Assembly: GCA_030537935.1 (NCBI GenBank)
Contig: JAUNUY010000005.1
Location: forward strand, 8,347 to 72,346
Source: Eubacteriales bacterium
GTDB taxonomy: Bacteria; Bacillota; Clostridia; Lachnospirales; Lachnospiraceae
Length of the DNA stretch: 64,000 bases
Reading direction: 5' to 3'
Shown here: positions 44,724 to 55,300 of the stretch, in pieces
Layout: each line of letters starts with the position of its first letter
Position numbering within the stretch: the first letter of the stretch is position 1
Position numbers and translations under genes: made by a program
The notes under the pieces: model-generated
Seen by the model: only the letters and a program-made list of their open reading frames with translations
The model's database searches: none
Told to the model about the DNA's origin: nothing

Positions 44724-46364
44724 ATGATTGAATTTACGGTACCGGCGGGGATGAAAGATTTGATTCCCGAAGAATGCCGGGTGAAACGAATGATTGAACG
44801 CCGCTTGGAGGACGTGATGGCGGCACGGGATTACGTGGAAATCAGTTCACCGACGCTGGAACACTATGATACGTTCAGTATCGGTTTGAATAACCGCCGC
44901 GAAGAAGAAAACTATCGTCTCACGGATGCGGGCGGGAAGATGCTCGTTCTCCGACAGGATATGACGGTACCGATTGCACGAATCGCCGCGACGAAGTTCA
45001 AACATGTGACCGCGCCGTTACGCTTCCGGTATACGGCCAATGTATTCCGGATCACGCGGGCCTTCGGCGGCGGTCAGAATGAAATCACACACTGCGGTGC
45101 GGAACTCATCGGTGTGCCAAGTCACGAGGGTGATATGGAAATTTTGACGATGGCATTGGAAGCCATGGCATTTTTACGGGAGCGTCGTCTGAAAATTGAA
45201 ATCGGTAATATCGACATCTTCAATGCGGCTTGCAAGGAAGTCTCTTTACGTCCGGAGACGAAGCATCGGCTGGCGACGTTGATCAACGGCAAAAACCTGG
45301 ATGAACTGGCGGTTTTTCTGGAACGGCTGGACATGCCCGCGAAAACCCGTGCCTTCTTTAACCATTTGCCTTTGCTTTGCGGTGGCCGGGAGGTCTTGGA
45401 AACGGCGGGGGAATATGCCTTTACCGATGAAATGCGTGCCGGTCTGACCTATCTGGCGGCAATATACGACGCACTCGTTGCGGCCGGCCATGAGGAGACG
45501 GTGGCGTTGGATTTGAGTAAGATTCCGGCGTTGGATTACTATACGGGTCTGATTTTTGAAGGCTTTGTCGAGAATGTGGGCGAGCCCGTCGTCAGCGGTG
45601 GCCGATATGACGGGTTGATCGGCAAATTCGGTACGGATCGGCGGGCCGTCGGCTTTTCCGTTAAAGTTGATGCGCTGGTACCGCTGATGCTGCAACCGGC
45701 GGATCCGGCGGGTTCCGAAAAGCTCAACATTGCCATGACCAAGGGCCGTTTGGAGAAGCAAACCGTCCGCATTCTGGAAGAGGTCGGCTACGGGGTCGGC
45801 CCGCTGAAGAATAAAGGTCGGCAACTTGTTTTGTCGGATACGGAAAAAGACATCGATTATTTTCTGGTCAAGGCGAATGATGCCATCACTTATGTGGAAC
45901 ATGGGGTGGCGGACATCGGTATCGTGGGTAAGGATACGATATACGAAAGCGGCAATGACTTTTATGAAATGATGGATTTGGGTATCGGTAAATGTAAGTT
46001 CATCTTGGCGAGTCTGCCGGGGATTGATATTTTTAAGAAGCGGGGTCATGTAACCATCGGTACGAAGTATCCGCAGGTGGCAAAGAATTACTTTAACGGT
46101 CTTGGTATCGACATAGAAATCATTAAGATTGACGGTTCGGTGGAGTTGGGGCCGATTTTGCGGCTTTGTGATGCCGTCGTGGATATTATGGAGACGGGGA
46201 CGACCTTGCGGGAAAACGGACTGATTGTTTTGGATGAGATTTGTGACATCAGTGCACGACTGATTGTCAATAAGGCAAGTTTTCGGATTAAGCGACGGGA
46301 GATTTTAGCCGTGATGGCGGACATCAGGGCATGGAGGGAACGGAATGAAATTATATCGGGGTGA
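44724..46364 (+). CDS. hisZG: Fused ATP phosphoribosyltransferase regulatory subunit (HisZ) and short-form catalytic subunit (HisG)
   Basis: A single 546-aa ORF. Residues ~1-325 are HisRS-like HisZ (PAGMKDLIPEE, RFRYTANVFR, GGRYDGLIGKFG). After the linker LQPADPAGSEK comes HisG-short (LNIAMTKGRLEKQTV..., DYFLVKANDAITYVEHGVADIGIVGKD, ETGTTLRENGL). Confidence 0.85.
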   Translation: MIEFTVPAGMKDLIPEECRVKRMIERRLEDVMAARDYVEISSPTLEHYDTFSIGLNNRREEENYRLTDAGGKMLVLRQDMTVPIARIAATKFKHVTAPLRFRYTANVFRITRAFGGGQNEITHCGAELIGVPSHEGDMEILTMALEAMAFLRERRLKIEIGNIDIFNAACKEVSLRPETKHRLATLINGKNLDELAVFLERLDMPAKTRAFFNHLPLLCGGREVLETAGEYAFTDEMRAGLTYLAAIYDALVAAGHEETVALDLSKIPALDYYTGLIFEGFVENVGEPVVSGGRYDGLIGKFGTDRRAVGFSVKVDALVPLMLQPADPAGSEKLNIAMTKGRLEKQTVRILEEVGYGVGPLKNKGRQLVLSDTEKDIDYFLVKANDAITYVEHGVADIGIVGKDTIYESGNDFYEMMDLGIGKCKFILASLPGIDIFKKRGHVTIGTKYPQVAKNYFNGLGIDIEIIKIDGSVELGPILRLCDAVVDIMETGTTLRENGLIVLDEICDISARLIVNKASFRIKRREILAVMADIRAWRERNEIISG

Positions 46365-47625
46365 TGAAGTTGATAAGTTACAGTCTTTTTTGGCGTCCAG
46401 GGACGTAGAGAGTTCTCCGGAAATCATGCAGCAGGTTGATGACATTCTCAAGGATGTGAAGGCACGCGGAGACGAGGCGTTACTGGAATACACGGAAAAA
46501 TTTGACGGGGTTGCATTGTCGCGGATCCAGATGACACCGGCGGAGATTACGGCCTGTGCGGCCGAGGTTTCGGAAGAGTTCATCGCAAATTTACGGGAAG
46601 CGGCGGAGAATATCCGTTTTTTCCACAAAGAGATGGTGGACGAAGGTTTTCATCTGGAAAAGGATATGGGCATCTACATGGGTCAGAAGGTGACGCCCAT
46701 TGAAAAGGTGGGTGTCTATGTGCCGGGTGGCCGGGCGGTCTATCCGTCCACCGTTTTAATGAATGTCATCCCGGCACAGATTGCGGGGGTGCGTGAAATT
46801 GTCATGGTGACCCCGCCGTCCGAAGAAGGCATCAATCCCTATATTGCGGCCGCGGCCGTCGTTTGCGGCGTGGACAAGATATATAAGGTGGGCGGTGCGC
46901 AGGCGGTGGCGGCTCTGGCGTACGGGACGGAGACGGTGCCCGGCGTGGATAAAATCGTCGGTCCCGGCAACATCTATGTGGCCCAGGCAAAAAAAGCGGT
47001 TTACGGGAAGGTGGACATCGATATGATTGCCGGCCCGAGCGAGATTCTCGTCATTGCCGATGACGGCGCCAATCCGGCTTTCGTGGCGGCGGATTTGTTG
47101 AGTCAGGCGGAGCACGACCCCATGGCGTCGAGTGTGCTGCTGACCGTTTCCGAGCGTCAGCGGGATGCGGTGTTGTCGGAGGTGGCGCGACAGACGGCAC
47201 TTTTGCCGAAGGCGGATATCGTCAATGCGTCTCTCGGGACGTACGGGATGGCCATGGTCTGTGACGATATAGCGGCCTGTATCGAGGTGTCGAACCGCAT
47301 TGCACCGGAGCACCTGGAACTGATGCTGGCGAATGCGGCGGATTATTTGCCGCTGGTAAAGAATGCGGGCAGTATCTTCTTAGGGTACTATACCTGTGAG
47401 AGTATCGGTGATTATTTCGGCGGCACGAATCACGTCCTGCCGACGAACGGAACGGCGCGCTTCTACTCCGCACTGAATGTGGATGACTTCGTGAAAAAAT
47501 CATCTTACATTCATTGGAGTAAAGAGGCCTTGATGCGAGATGGCGCGAAAATCATGAATCTGGCGGAAAACGAGGATTTAGAAGCACATAAAAATGCGGT
47601 TAAGATTCGAATGGAGACGGCATGA
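46345..47625 (+). CDS. hisD: Histidinol dehydrogenase
   Basis: Typical HisD motifs (VGVYVPGG.A.YPS, AGPSE, QAEHD). Confidence 0.9.
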   Translation: MKLYRGDEVDKLQSFLASRDVESSPEIMQQVDDILKDVKARGDEALLEYTEKFDGVALSRIQMTPAEITACAAEVSEEFIANLREAAENIRFFHKEMVDEGFHLEKDMGIYMGQKVTPIEKVGVYVPGGRAVYPSTVLMNVIPAQIAGVREIVMVTPPSEEGINPYIAAAAVVCGVDKIYKVGGAQAVAALAYGTETVPGVDKIVGPGNIYVAQAKKAVYGKVDIDMIAGPSEILVIADDGANPAFVAADLLSQAEHDPMASSVLLTVSERQRDAVLSEVARQTALLPKADIVNASLGTYGMAMVCDDIAACIEVSNRIAPEHLELMLANAADYLPLVKNAGSIFLGYYTCESIGDYFGGTNHVLPTNGTARFYSALNVDDFVKKSSYIHWSKEALMRDGAKIMNLAENEDLEAHKNAVKIRMETA

Positions 47626-48629
47626 AAGGCTATGAGGTGGAGCGGGCAGCGGGCATGCCCTTGAATGCAAATGAGGATTGGCGAAACCTGCCGGAGACCT
47701 TGGTGCGAAAGATTGCGGCAGCGGTGACCGAGGTGGCATTCAACCGTTATCCCGACAATGATGCGACGGACTTGCGTGCGGCCTATGCCGTGTATTTGGG
47801 CGTTCAGCCGACGGAAGTGGCGGTCGGCAACGGCAGCGACGAGTTACTGGGTCTGATGATCGGCCTGTTCTGCGGTCGGGGAACATTGATGACCATGACG
47901 CCGGATTTTTCGATGTATGATTACTATGTCCGCTTTCACGGCGGAACGGTAGAGAAATATGACCCGACGACCGAGGGCATGGCGGGCTTTATTCGCCGGA
48001 TTCGGAAGACACGACCGCAGGCGGCGGTTTTTTCCAATCCGAATAATCCTACGGGCCACCTCTATACACGGGATGAAGTGCAGGCGCTTTTGCAAGCGGT
48101 GCCGGACATCCCCATCATCGTGGACGAGGCATATATGGAGTTTTCGGATGAGAGCGTGGTCGATTGTATCAACCGCTATCCGAACCTCTATGTGACGCGA
48201 ACCCTTTCAAAAGCGATGGGGGCGGCGGCCATTCGCGTGGGTGCCGTGGCATCCGGGGCAGAGAACATATCGTATCTGAATCGCCTGCGTGTCCCTTATA
48301 CCGTTAATCGGATGAGTCAGGCGGCGGGTGTGGCGATTTTGTCGGAGCAGGCACTCTTGCAGGAACGGATTACGGAAACGATAGCGGCACGGGATGCACT
48401 CCGGGAGAGACTTGCGGGGGCGAATTTTCGTCGTCTGGCGTTTACACCTTCGGGGGGTAACTTTATCTACGGGCGGGCATTGGCCGGTCAGGACGTTGCG
48501 GCGGCATTTCAGGCAGCCGGCTACGCCGTCCGGGTTTTCCCGGATGGCGGATTCCGGATTACGGTAGCGGATGCCGAAACCAATGAACGAATATTCGAGA
48601 TTTTACAAATGGTGGAAGAGGCGGTGTGA
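47622..48629 (+). CDS. hisC: Histidinol-phosphate aminotransferase
   Basis: Class-II aminotransferase (NPNNPTG, TLSKAMG with the Lys). ATGA overlap with hisD. Confidence 0.85.
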   Translation: MKGYEVERAAGMPLNANEDWRNLPETLVRKIAAAVTEVAFNRYPDNDATDLRAAYAVYLGVQPTEVAVGNGSDELLGLMIGLFCGRGTLMTMTPDFSMYDYYVRFHGGTVEKYDPTTEGMAGFIRRIRKTRPQAAVFSNPNNPTGHLYTRDEVQALLQAVPDIPIIVDEAYMEFSDESVVDCINRYPNLYVTRTLSKAMGAAAIRVGAVASGAENISYLNRLRVPYTVNRMSQAAGVAILSEQALLQERITETIAARDALRERLAGANFRRLAFTPSGGNFIYGRALAGQDVAAAFQAAGYAVRVFPDGGFRITVADAETNERIFEILQMVEEAV

Positions 48630-48630
48630 G

Positions 48631-49206
48631 ATGAAAACGATAAAACGGGATACCTATGAGACACAGATTGAGATGGCGTTGACGCTTCGCGGGACGGGGC
48701 AATGCGCGGTGGAAAGTCCGGTCGGTTTTTTAAGTCATATGCTGGAGCTGCTCGGATTTCACGGGCAGATGGACATTCGTTTGCGGGCGGACGGTGATGT
48801 TCACGTCTGTGACCACCATCTGGTGGAGGATGTGGGCATCTGCCTGGGCAAGCTCATTGCGGAGGAACTTGGGGACAAGCGCGGTATTCGCCGTTACGGC
48901 AGTTTCCGAATGCCCATGGATGAAGCCCTCGTGACCTGTGATCTGGATTTGAGCGGCCGACCGTTTCTCGTCTTTAACGTGGATTTTAAACGGACGCTGA
49001 TCGGGAACTTTTCCACCGAGATGGTTGAAGAATTTTTCCGGGCGGTGGCATTCCAGGCGGGGATTACCCTGCATTTCAACTGTCTCTACGGGAAGAACGA
49101 CCATCACAAAGTGGAGGCGGTATTTAAGAGCTTCGGCCGTGCGCTGAAGGAGGCGGTCATCAAGGAGGGGGATGCAATTCCCTCATCGAAAGGAAAGTTG
49201 GAATAA
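48631..49206 (+). CDS. hisB: Imidazoleglycerol-phosphate dehydratase
   Basis: Start at ATG 48631. GFLSHML, DHHLVEDVGI, GKNDHHKVEA and FKSFGRAL. Confidence 0.9.
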   Translation: MKTIKRDTYETQIEMALTLRGTGQCAVESPVGFLSHMLELLGFHGQMDIRLRADGDVHVCDHHLVEDVGICLGKLIAEELGDKRGIRRYGSFRMPMDEALVTCDLDLSGRPFLVFNVDFKRTLIGNFSTEMVEEFFRAVAFQAGITLHFNCLYGKNDHHKVEAVFKSFGRALKEAVIKEGDAIPSSKGKLE

Positions 49207-49919
49207 TGATTATTTTACCGGCAATCGATATCATCGACGGCAAACCCGTTCGTCTGGTGCGGGGCGATTATAATGTGAAGACGCAGGTGGGTGACAGCGT
49301 GGAGGAACTGGCGAAACGCTTTGATGCAATGGGTGTTTCCTATCTCCATATGGTCGACTTGGACGGGGCGAAGGCGGGCGGCGGCCGCAATCGCGACCTC
49401 GTTGTCCGGACGGCGCAATCCGTCTCCATGCCCGTGCAAATCGGCGGCGGCATTCGGGATATGGCGGCCATCGAGGATTACATTGAGAACGGTGTAGACC
49501 GGGTTATTTTGGGGACGGTGGCGGTGGAGAAACCGGATTTTCTCAAGGAAGCGGTCAAACGTTTCGGACGGCATATTGCCGTGGGCGTAGATTCTCTGAA
49601 CGGGCAGGTGAAAACGTCCGGTTGGTTGAGTGACGGGGGTAAGGATTATTTGGATTTTGCCCGTTATCTGGATGAAATCGGGGTGGCAACCATCATCGCC
49701 ACGGACATTGCACAGGACGGAACTTTGCGCGGTGTGAATTTGGCCATGATGCAAACGTTGAAGGATAATATTTCGGCCGATCTCATCGCCTCGGGCGGGA
49801 TATGCAGCATGGCGGACATCGATGCGTTGGCGGCACTCGACATTTATGGTGCGATTACGGGTAAAGCGATTTACGAAGGCACGTTGGATTTGGCGGCGGC
49901 TTTGAAGAAGGAGGCATAA
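49206..49919 (+). CDS. hisA: ProFAR isomerase
   Basis: MIILPAIDIIDGKPVRL, LHMVDLDGA, QIGGGIR and ASGGI. Confidence 0.9.
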   Translation: MIILPAIDIIDGKPVRLVRGDYNVKTQVGDSVEELAKRFDAMGVSYLHMVDLDGAKAGGGRNRDLVVRTAQSVSMPVQIGGGIRDMAAIEDYIENGVDRVILGTVAVEKPDFLKEAVKRFGRHIAVGVDSLNGQVKTSGWLSDGGKDYLDFARYLDEIGVATIIATDIAQDGTLRGVNLAMMQTLKDNISADLIASGGICSMADIDALAALDIYGAITGKAIYEGTLDLAAALKKEA

Positions 49920-50677
49920 TGCAAAAGAAAAAAATAATTCCCTGTCTGGATGTACAAAACGGACGGGTGGTCAAGGGCGTGAACTTTGTCGGGATTAAGG
50001 AACTGGGCGACCCGGTCGAGTTTGCGAAAAAGTACGAAGCGGACGGGGCGGATGAGCTGGTGTTTTTGGACATTTCGGCGACGAACGAGCGTCGTAAGAC
50101 GATGGTTGATTTGGCGGGACGTGTCGCGGCGGCCATATCTATTCCGTTGACGGTCGGCGGCGGGATTGCATCGGCGGAAGACATCGAGCGACTGTTGGAT
50201 GCAGGCGTGGCAAAGGTGTCCATCGGCACGGCGGCTATTCGGCAGCTGGATTTTCTCCGGAAGGCAATCGAGCGATTCGGTGCGGAGAAAATCGTTCTGG
50301 CCATTGACGTCAAGGCAAGACCGGACGGCGGTTGGAATCTTTATACGAACGGCGGTCAGGTGGACAGCGGTGTGGACATGGCGGCGTTCTTACGGCAGGC
50401 GAAGGCGGACGGTTTGAAAAAAGTGTTGCCGACGGGGATTGATACGGACGGTATGAAGACGGGTTATGACATCCCCATGTACATGGCAGTACGCGCACTG
50501 GGCGATTTTGAAATCGTAGCATCCGGCGGGTGTGGAAAGGTGGAGGATATTGAAGCGGTATTTGCGGCAGATGCGGCGGATGCGGCTTTGGCGGCTTCCG
50601 TCTTTCATTACGGCGAGTTGACCGTCCGAGAAGTGAAAGAGTATCTTACGGCGCACGGGATTGAAACGGCAGGGTAG
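49919..50677 (+). CDS. hisF: Imidazole glycerol phosphate synthase, cyclase subunit
   Basis: KKIIPCLDVQNGRVVKG, ADELVFLDISA, LTVGGGI and ASVFHYGE. Confidence 0.9.
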   Translation: MQKKKIIPCLDVQNGRVVKGVNFVGIKELGDPVEFAKKYEADGADELVFLDISATNERRKTMVDLAGRVAAAISIPLTVGGGIASAEDIERLLDAGVAKVSIGTAAIRQLDFLRKAIERFGAEKIVLAIDVKARPDGGWNLYTNGGQVDSGVDMAAFLRQAKADGLKKVLPTGIDTDGMKTGYDIPMYMAVRALGDFEIVASGGCGKVEDIEAVFAADAADAALAASVFHYGELTVREVKEYLTAHGIETAG

Positions 50678-50680
50678 ATC

Positions 50681-51028
50681 ATGTTGGATGAGCAGGTATT
50701 GGCGGGTTTGGATTTTGAGAAGGGCGACGGTCTGATGCCGGTCATTACGGTGGAAGCGGGGACCGGAACGGTTCTGATGCTGGCCTATATGAACCGGGCA
50801 AGTTTGGACCGGACATTGGCGACGGGTCTGGCGACCTATTACAGTCGTTCCCGCAAGGCCCTCTGGGTGAAGGGGGAGACGAGCGGTCATTATCAGCATG
50901 TTTGCAGCATAACGGCGGATTGCGATGCGGATACCTTGCTTCTGGAGGTGGTGCAGGAAGGGGTGGCCTGCCATACGGGGGCACATTCCTGCTTTCATCA
51001 TCCGCTTTACAGAAACGACGAGAGATGA
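50681..51028 (+). CDS. hisI: Phosphoribosyl-AMP cyclohydrolase
   Basis: [30 protein letters not shown] and CDADTLL..V.Q.G.ACHTG. Confidence 0.9.
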   Translation: MLDEQVLAGLDFEKGDGLMPVITVEAGTGTVLMLAYMNRASLDRTLATGLATYYSRSRKALWVKGETSGHYQHVCSITADCDADTLLLEVVQEGVACHTGAHSCFHHPLYRNDER

Positions 51029-51060
51029 TATAGTGGAAATGGTCTGCGAACGGAGGCAAG

Positions 51061-51384
51061 ATGAAGGAAATCGACGCATTATATGCCATGACGGCAGAGC
51101 GGAAAGTACATCCGCGGGAAGGCTCGTATACGAATTATCTCTTTGACAAGGGATTGGAAAAGATATTGAAGAAGGTCGGTGAGGAAGCCACGGAAGTGAT
51201 TCTTGCCGCCATGAAGTCGGATCGGGAAGAGCTCATCAACGAGATGGGCGACCTGCTGTATCATTTGGTGGTGCTGATGGCCGAGGCGGGCATTTCACCT
51301 GCCGACGTGGATGAGGAGCTGGCCCGACGTGCACGTAAGACGGGGAATTTGAAAGTGGAACGGAAACCGGTTACGCGATTGTAG
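51061..51384 (+). CDS. hisE: Phosphoribosyl-ATP pyrophosphatase
   Basis: SYTNYLFDKGLEKILKKVGEEATEV and EMGDLLYHLVVLM. Confidence 0.9.
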   Translation: MKEIDALYAMTAERKVHPREGSYTNYLFDKGLEKILKKVGEEATEVILAAMKSDREELINEMGDLLYHLVVLMAEAGISPADVDEELARRARKTGNLKVERKPVTRL

Positions 51385-52170
51385 GTGGATATGCAAAATT
51401 TCAATTTTCATACGCATACGAAACGTTGCGGTCATGCCCGCGGGGAAGATCGTGAATATATTGAAGCCGCCATTGCCGGCGGCTTTACGTATCTGGGCAT
51501 CAGTGACCACATGTGTTTTCCCGGTTGGGATGACCCCGTGGAGCGTATGCCCTATGCGGCGATGGATGAATATCTGGACGCCGTGCGCGGCTATCAAGCG
51601 GAATACCGCGACCGGATTGAGATTTCACTCGGCTTTGAATTGGAATTTTTTGATGACATGGTTTCATATTATCGCGAGGTGGCCGAGCGGGTCGATTATT
51701 TCATCATCGGGCAGCATGCCAAAAATCGGCAGGACTATTATTACGACCATCACTGTACGAGCGAAGATCTTCGAGTCATGCACGGACAGTTGATTCGTGC
51801 GATAGAGACCCTGCGGCCGTTTTGTATTGCCCATCCGGACTATTTCATGCAAGGTCGGGATGAATGCGGCGAAGACGTGCTGGCCGTTATGCGGGATGTG
51901 GCGGCATGTTGTAAAGCCTATGACGTGCCGGTAGAGTGGAACTTGAAGGGGGCGCAAATGCGACCGCGCAAATTCAAGGAAGGTCGCACACGGGCCTATC
52001 CGCATCGTGCCATCTGGGAAGAGATTGCACGGGTTGCACCACCGGTGGTCATCGGTTACGACGCCCATTATCCCGAGATGCTGACGAAACGTGAACTGGA
52101 AATGGCGGCTCGTGAGGAACTGGCTGCACTGGGGTTGACCCCCATTAGTACATTACCCGGAGGAGATTAA
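51385..52170 (+). CDS. PHP-family histidinol-phosphatase
   Basis: FHTHTKRCGHA and GISDH motifs. Last gene of the his cluster. Start is GTG 51385 or ATG 51391. Confidence 0.8.
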   Translation: MDMQNFNFHTHTKRCGHARGEDREYIEAAIAGGFTYLGISDHMCFPGWDDPVERMPYAAMDEYLDAVRGYQAEYRDRIEISLGFELEFFDDMVSYYREVAERVDYFIIGQHAKNRQDYYYDHHCTSEDLRVMHGQLIRAIETLRPFCIAHPDYFMQGRDECGEDVLAVMRDVAACCKAYDVPVEWNLKGAQMRPRKFKEGRTRAYPHRAIWEEIARVAPPVVIGYDAHYPEMLTKRELEMAAREELAALGLTPISTLPGGD

Positions 52171-52171
52171 A

Positions 52172-52510
52172 GTGGATTTAGGAAGTATCGTGATATTGGT
52201 CGCTATCGGCATTTTTGCAGTGATGGCAATTTTGCTCTTGACGGGCAGGGGTTCTTTTTTTCTGGTCGGTCGGACGTTTAAGAGCCGGGAGGAGATGGAA
52301 CGGTTTGACGGCCGGAAGATGGTTCGTTTCATGGGGGTCTGCATTGCCGGCTTTGATGTCTGCATGATTTTGGCATTTGTGGCCTATCGGTTGCAGCAAG
52401 AGTGGCTGGGACTGGCGGCGGGCATCATCATCGTGCTCATTTCCATCGGCGCGACCATTTATACGAAGACCGGAGAACGGTTTGTAAAAGATGAATATTT
52501 AGAGCGTTAA
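52172..52510 (+). CDS. DUF3784-like small membrane protein
   Basis: Two plus two TMs flanking a SREEMERFDGRKMVRFMG loop. Confidence 0.55.
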   Translation: MDLGSIVILVAIGIFAVMAILLLTGRGSFFLVGRTFKSREEMERFDGRKMVRFMGVCIAGFDVCMILAFVAYRLQQEWLGLAAGIIIVLISIGATIYTKTGERFVKDEYLER

Positions 52511-52600
52511 AACACGGACCATGAGCTGACCGTCGAAAGTGTATCTTTCGGGGCCATTCATGGTCCATGTTTTGTATTATCATGCGATGAAAAATCCGTT

Positions 52601-53452
52601 TTAATCGGTTACCGTTTCGCGTGGTCGGTCGGGGTGCAGACCCGTCCAGCCGGCTCGCGGCATGCCCGCAATGGCCGCCATTTCGTCTGCATCCAGCGTG
52701 AAAGAGAAGAAATCCGTGTTCTCCGCCATCCGCTCTTTGGAGGAGGCCTTGGGGAGCGGCAGAATGCCGTTTTGATAAGCAAATCTCAGACAAATTTGTG
52801 CCGGAGAGACACCGTGCTTCGCAGCTGCGGCCGCAATAGCCGGTTGGTCAAAAACCTTGGCCCGGCCCAAGGGAGCCCAAGCCTCGACGAGGATGTTTTT
52901 CGCCTTGCAATATTGCACCGTTTCTTCTTGGATGTAACCCGGATGGTATTCAATCTGATTCACCGTCGGTTCGAAGTTGCCATGCTCATACAGCACGTCG
53001 ATGTGATGCGGTAGGAAGTTGCTTACGCCGATGGCGCGAATGGCGCCGTCACGCATTTTTTCTTCCATGGCATACCAAGTATAAACCAGATGCTCCTGCC
53101 AAGTTGCCAGTTCAAGATCCCGACGTGGCCAGTGCACCAGGTACAAGTCCAGATAATCGGTCGCCAATCGGTTCAGGGATCGGTCGATGGCATCTTTCGT
53201 ACTGTAATAACCCATCTCATCCTTCCAAACCTTGGAGGTCAGGAACAGGTCACTGCGATAGATGCCGCTGTCTTTGATGGCGGCGGCAATGTCCGCTTCA
53301 TTTTCATAAAAAGAGGCGGTATCCAAATGCCGGTATCCGACCGCCAAGGCGGTACGGAAGATATCCCGGGCGCCCTCACCGCAGATTTTATACGTTCCGA
53401 AACCCGGCGTGGGGATGGTGGTGCCGTTGGCTAAAGTCATGTTTTCTTTCAT
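52601..53452 (-). CDS. Aldo/keto reductase
   Basis: LANGTTIPTPGFGTY, GYRHLDTASFYENE, LYLVHWP and VNQIEYHP. Confidence 0.9.
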   Translation of the reverse strand: MKENMTLANGTTIPTPGFGTYKICGEGARDIFRTALAVGYRHLDTASFYENEADIAAAIKDSGIYRSDLFLTSKVWKDEMGYYSTKDAIDRSLNRLATDYLDLYLVHWPRRDLELATWQEHLVYTWYAMEEKMRDGAIRAIGVSNFLPHHIDVLYEHGNFEPTVNQIEYHPGYIQEETVQYCKAKNILVEAWAPLGRAKVFDQPAIAAAAAKHGVSPAQICLRFAYQNGILPLPKASSKERMAENTDFFSFTLDADEMAAIAGMPRAGWTGLHPDRPRETVTD

Positions 53453-53459
53453 AATCCTC

Positions 53460-53912
53460 CTAACGTACGGGGTTGATTTGGTCGATTTTTCGCTTCAGTC
53501 CGTCTTTTTTAAAGACGATTTTGAATTGACGGTCCACGACCTTCTCACCCAAGGTCAACTGCATCGTGACATCGTAGCGTTCGTCCTGCTTTTCCGGTCG
53601 GATATCCAGAGAGGAGATGACGGACGACTTGTTTTCACGTTCTACCAGGGAAACGGCCTCCAACATCAGCTGGTCCTCCAAGGCTTGCTTGTAACCGGCA
53701 TCGGTAAAGGATTTCGCCAGATTTTTCCGGTCATAAGTCGGTTTGATATCCGTCAGATCGACCTGTTTGGCTTCCTCCGTCGTAATTTCGAACATCTTGT
53801 GCATAACCGTATCAATCGATTTTTCCGGTGCCACGCCGAAAGGCTTCACGATGAAGTAAATACCGGCGGCAATGAGGAGTAAAACGACGATGATGATGAC
53901 TGCTTTTTTCAT
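53460..53912 (-). CDS. N-terminally membrane-anchored hypothetical protein
   Basis: 150 aa with one TM (AVIIIVVLLLIAAGIYFIV). Translationally close to the AKR gene. Confidence 0.5.
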   Translation of the reverse strand: MKKAVIIIVVLLLIAAGIYFIVKPFGVAPEKSIDTVMHKMFEITTEEAKQVDLTDIKPTYDRKNLAKSFTDAGYKQALEDQLMLEAVSLVERENKSSVISSLDIRPEKQDERYDVTMQLTLGEKVVDRQFKIVFKKDGLKRKIDQINPVR

Positions 53913-53971
53913 AGCGCTCCTTTCAAGAAATTCCGTATTTTTATTATAGCAGGTATCCCTTGAAATGCAAT

Positions 53972-53999
53972 AACGGGCCGCCCCGAAGGACGACCCGTT
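53972..53999 (-). terminator. Hairpin downstream of the alcohol dehydrogenase gene
   Basis: AACGGGCCG-loop-CGACCCGTT (one mismatch). Confidence 0.4.
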
Positions 54000-54029
54000 T
54001 GCGTCGGTTACAACGTAACTCGTAAGTTT

Positions 54030-55076
54030 TTAATTGTGATTGCAGCCGCAGATACAGCCTTCGTCATCGTGCATGTCGATGACCATTCGTCCTTGGATGC
54101 TACCCCGTTCCATCTCGTCGAAGATGGCGGGCGCATCCTTGATAGGCCGTTTTTGTACGATGGGAACAACCAGTCCCTCGGCACCGAATTGGAAGGCTTC
54201 CGCCAAGTCCTTTCGCGTACCGACGAGAGAACCGATAATTTCGATACCGTCCAGAATGGTTTTCACGATAGGCACCTCCATCATCTCCGAGGGGAGACCG
54301 ACGCAGACGACCTTACCGCCCGCCCGTACCGAATACACGGCTTGGTCGAAGGCCTTTTTTGAAACGGCCGTGACAATGGCACTGTGTGCACCGTGACAAA
54401 TTTCTTCAATCTTTTTCACGGGGTCTTCATGCAGGGCGTTTATGGTATATTCCGCTCCGACTTCTTTTGCAAGGGCGAGTTTATCATCGTTAATATCAAC
54501 GGCAATAACATGCATGTTAAAGACTTTTCGGGCGTATTGAACAGCCAGGTTACCGAGGCCGCCGGCACCGTAGCACACACACCATTTACCCGGTGCGGCA
54601 TCGCCGACTTTGACGGCTTTATAGGTCGTAACACCGGCGCAGGTAATACTGCTGGCCTGTGCGGGGTCCAATCCTTCGGGGACTTTGACGGCATAATCCG
54701 CCGTAACGATACACTCCTGTGCCATGCCGCCGTCCACGCTGTAGCCGGCATTCTTTACTTCCCGACAGAGTGTTTCCCGACCGGTGTTACAATACTCGCA
54801 ATGTCCGCAACCTTCGAAGAACCAGGCGATGCTGACCCGATCGCCGATTTTCAGAGAGGTTACGTCCGGTGCAACCTCTTTGACGATACCGATGCCTTCG
54901 TGACCGAGGACGGTACCGGCGACATTACCGAAGTCACTGTGCGCAACATGCAGGTCCGTGTGACAGACGCCGCAATATTCCACTTCGACCAATGCCTCAC
55001 CGTTCTTGATGGGGCGTAAGGTTTTTTCGACCACTTCAACGCCGTTTCCCTGTTGATTCACAACTACCGCTTTCAT
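54030..55076 (-). CDS. Zinc-dependent alcohol dehydrogenase (AdhP-like)
   Basis: Start at ATG 55076. [22 protein letters not shown] and GAGGLG. Confidence 0.9.
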   Translation of the reverse strand: MKAVVVNQQGNGVEVVEKTLRPIKNGEALVEVEYCGVCHTDLHVAHSDFGNVAGTVLGHEGIGIVKEVAPDVTSLKIGDRVSIAWFFEGCGHCEYCNTGRETLCREVKNAGYSVDGGMAQECIVTADYAVKVPEGLDPAQASSITCAGVTTYKAVKVGDAAPGKWCVCYGAGGLGNLAVQYARKVFNMHVIAVDINDDKLALAKEVGAEYTINALHEDPVKKIEEICHGAHSAIVTAVSKKAFDQAVYSVRAGGKVVCVGLPSEMMEVPIVKTILDGIEIIGSLVGTRKDLAEAFQFGAEGLVVPIVQKRPIKDAPAIFDEMERGSIQGRMVIDMHDDEGCICGCNHN

Positions 55077-55300
55077 GGAATACCTCTCTTTCCGTTCATG
55101 CGCAAGGCGCATATCGTTTGTTCAAGGTCATTGTATACACATCAAAAAATACTGTCAATGCAGGGGATACGGTACGAAGGCGGCGGTGAAATTTGCTTGC
55201 CGAAAATACGTCGGATGCCGAATGAAAAAGCGACGAAGTGGCCAATACATTAGAAAATAATATCGATTTTCAGCCTCTCAGTTCGGTGAACGACTATAGA

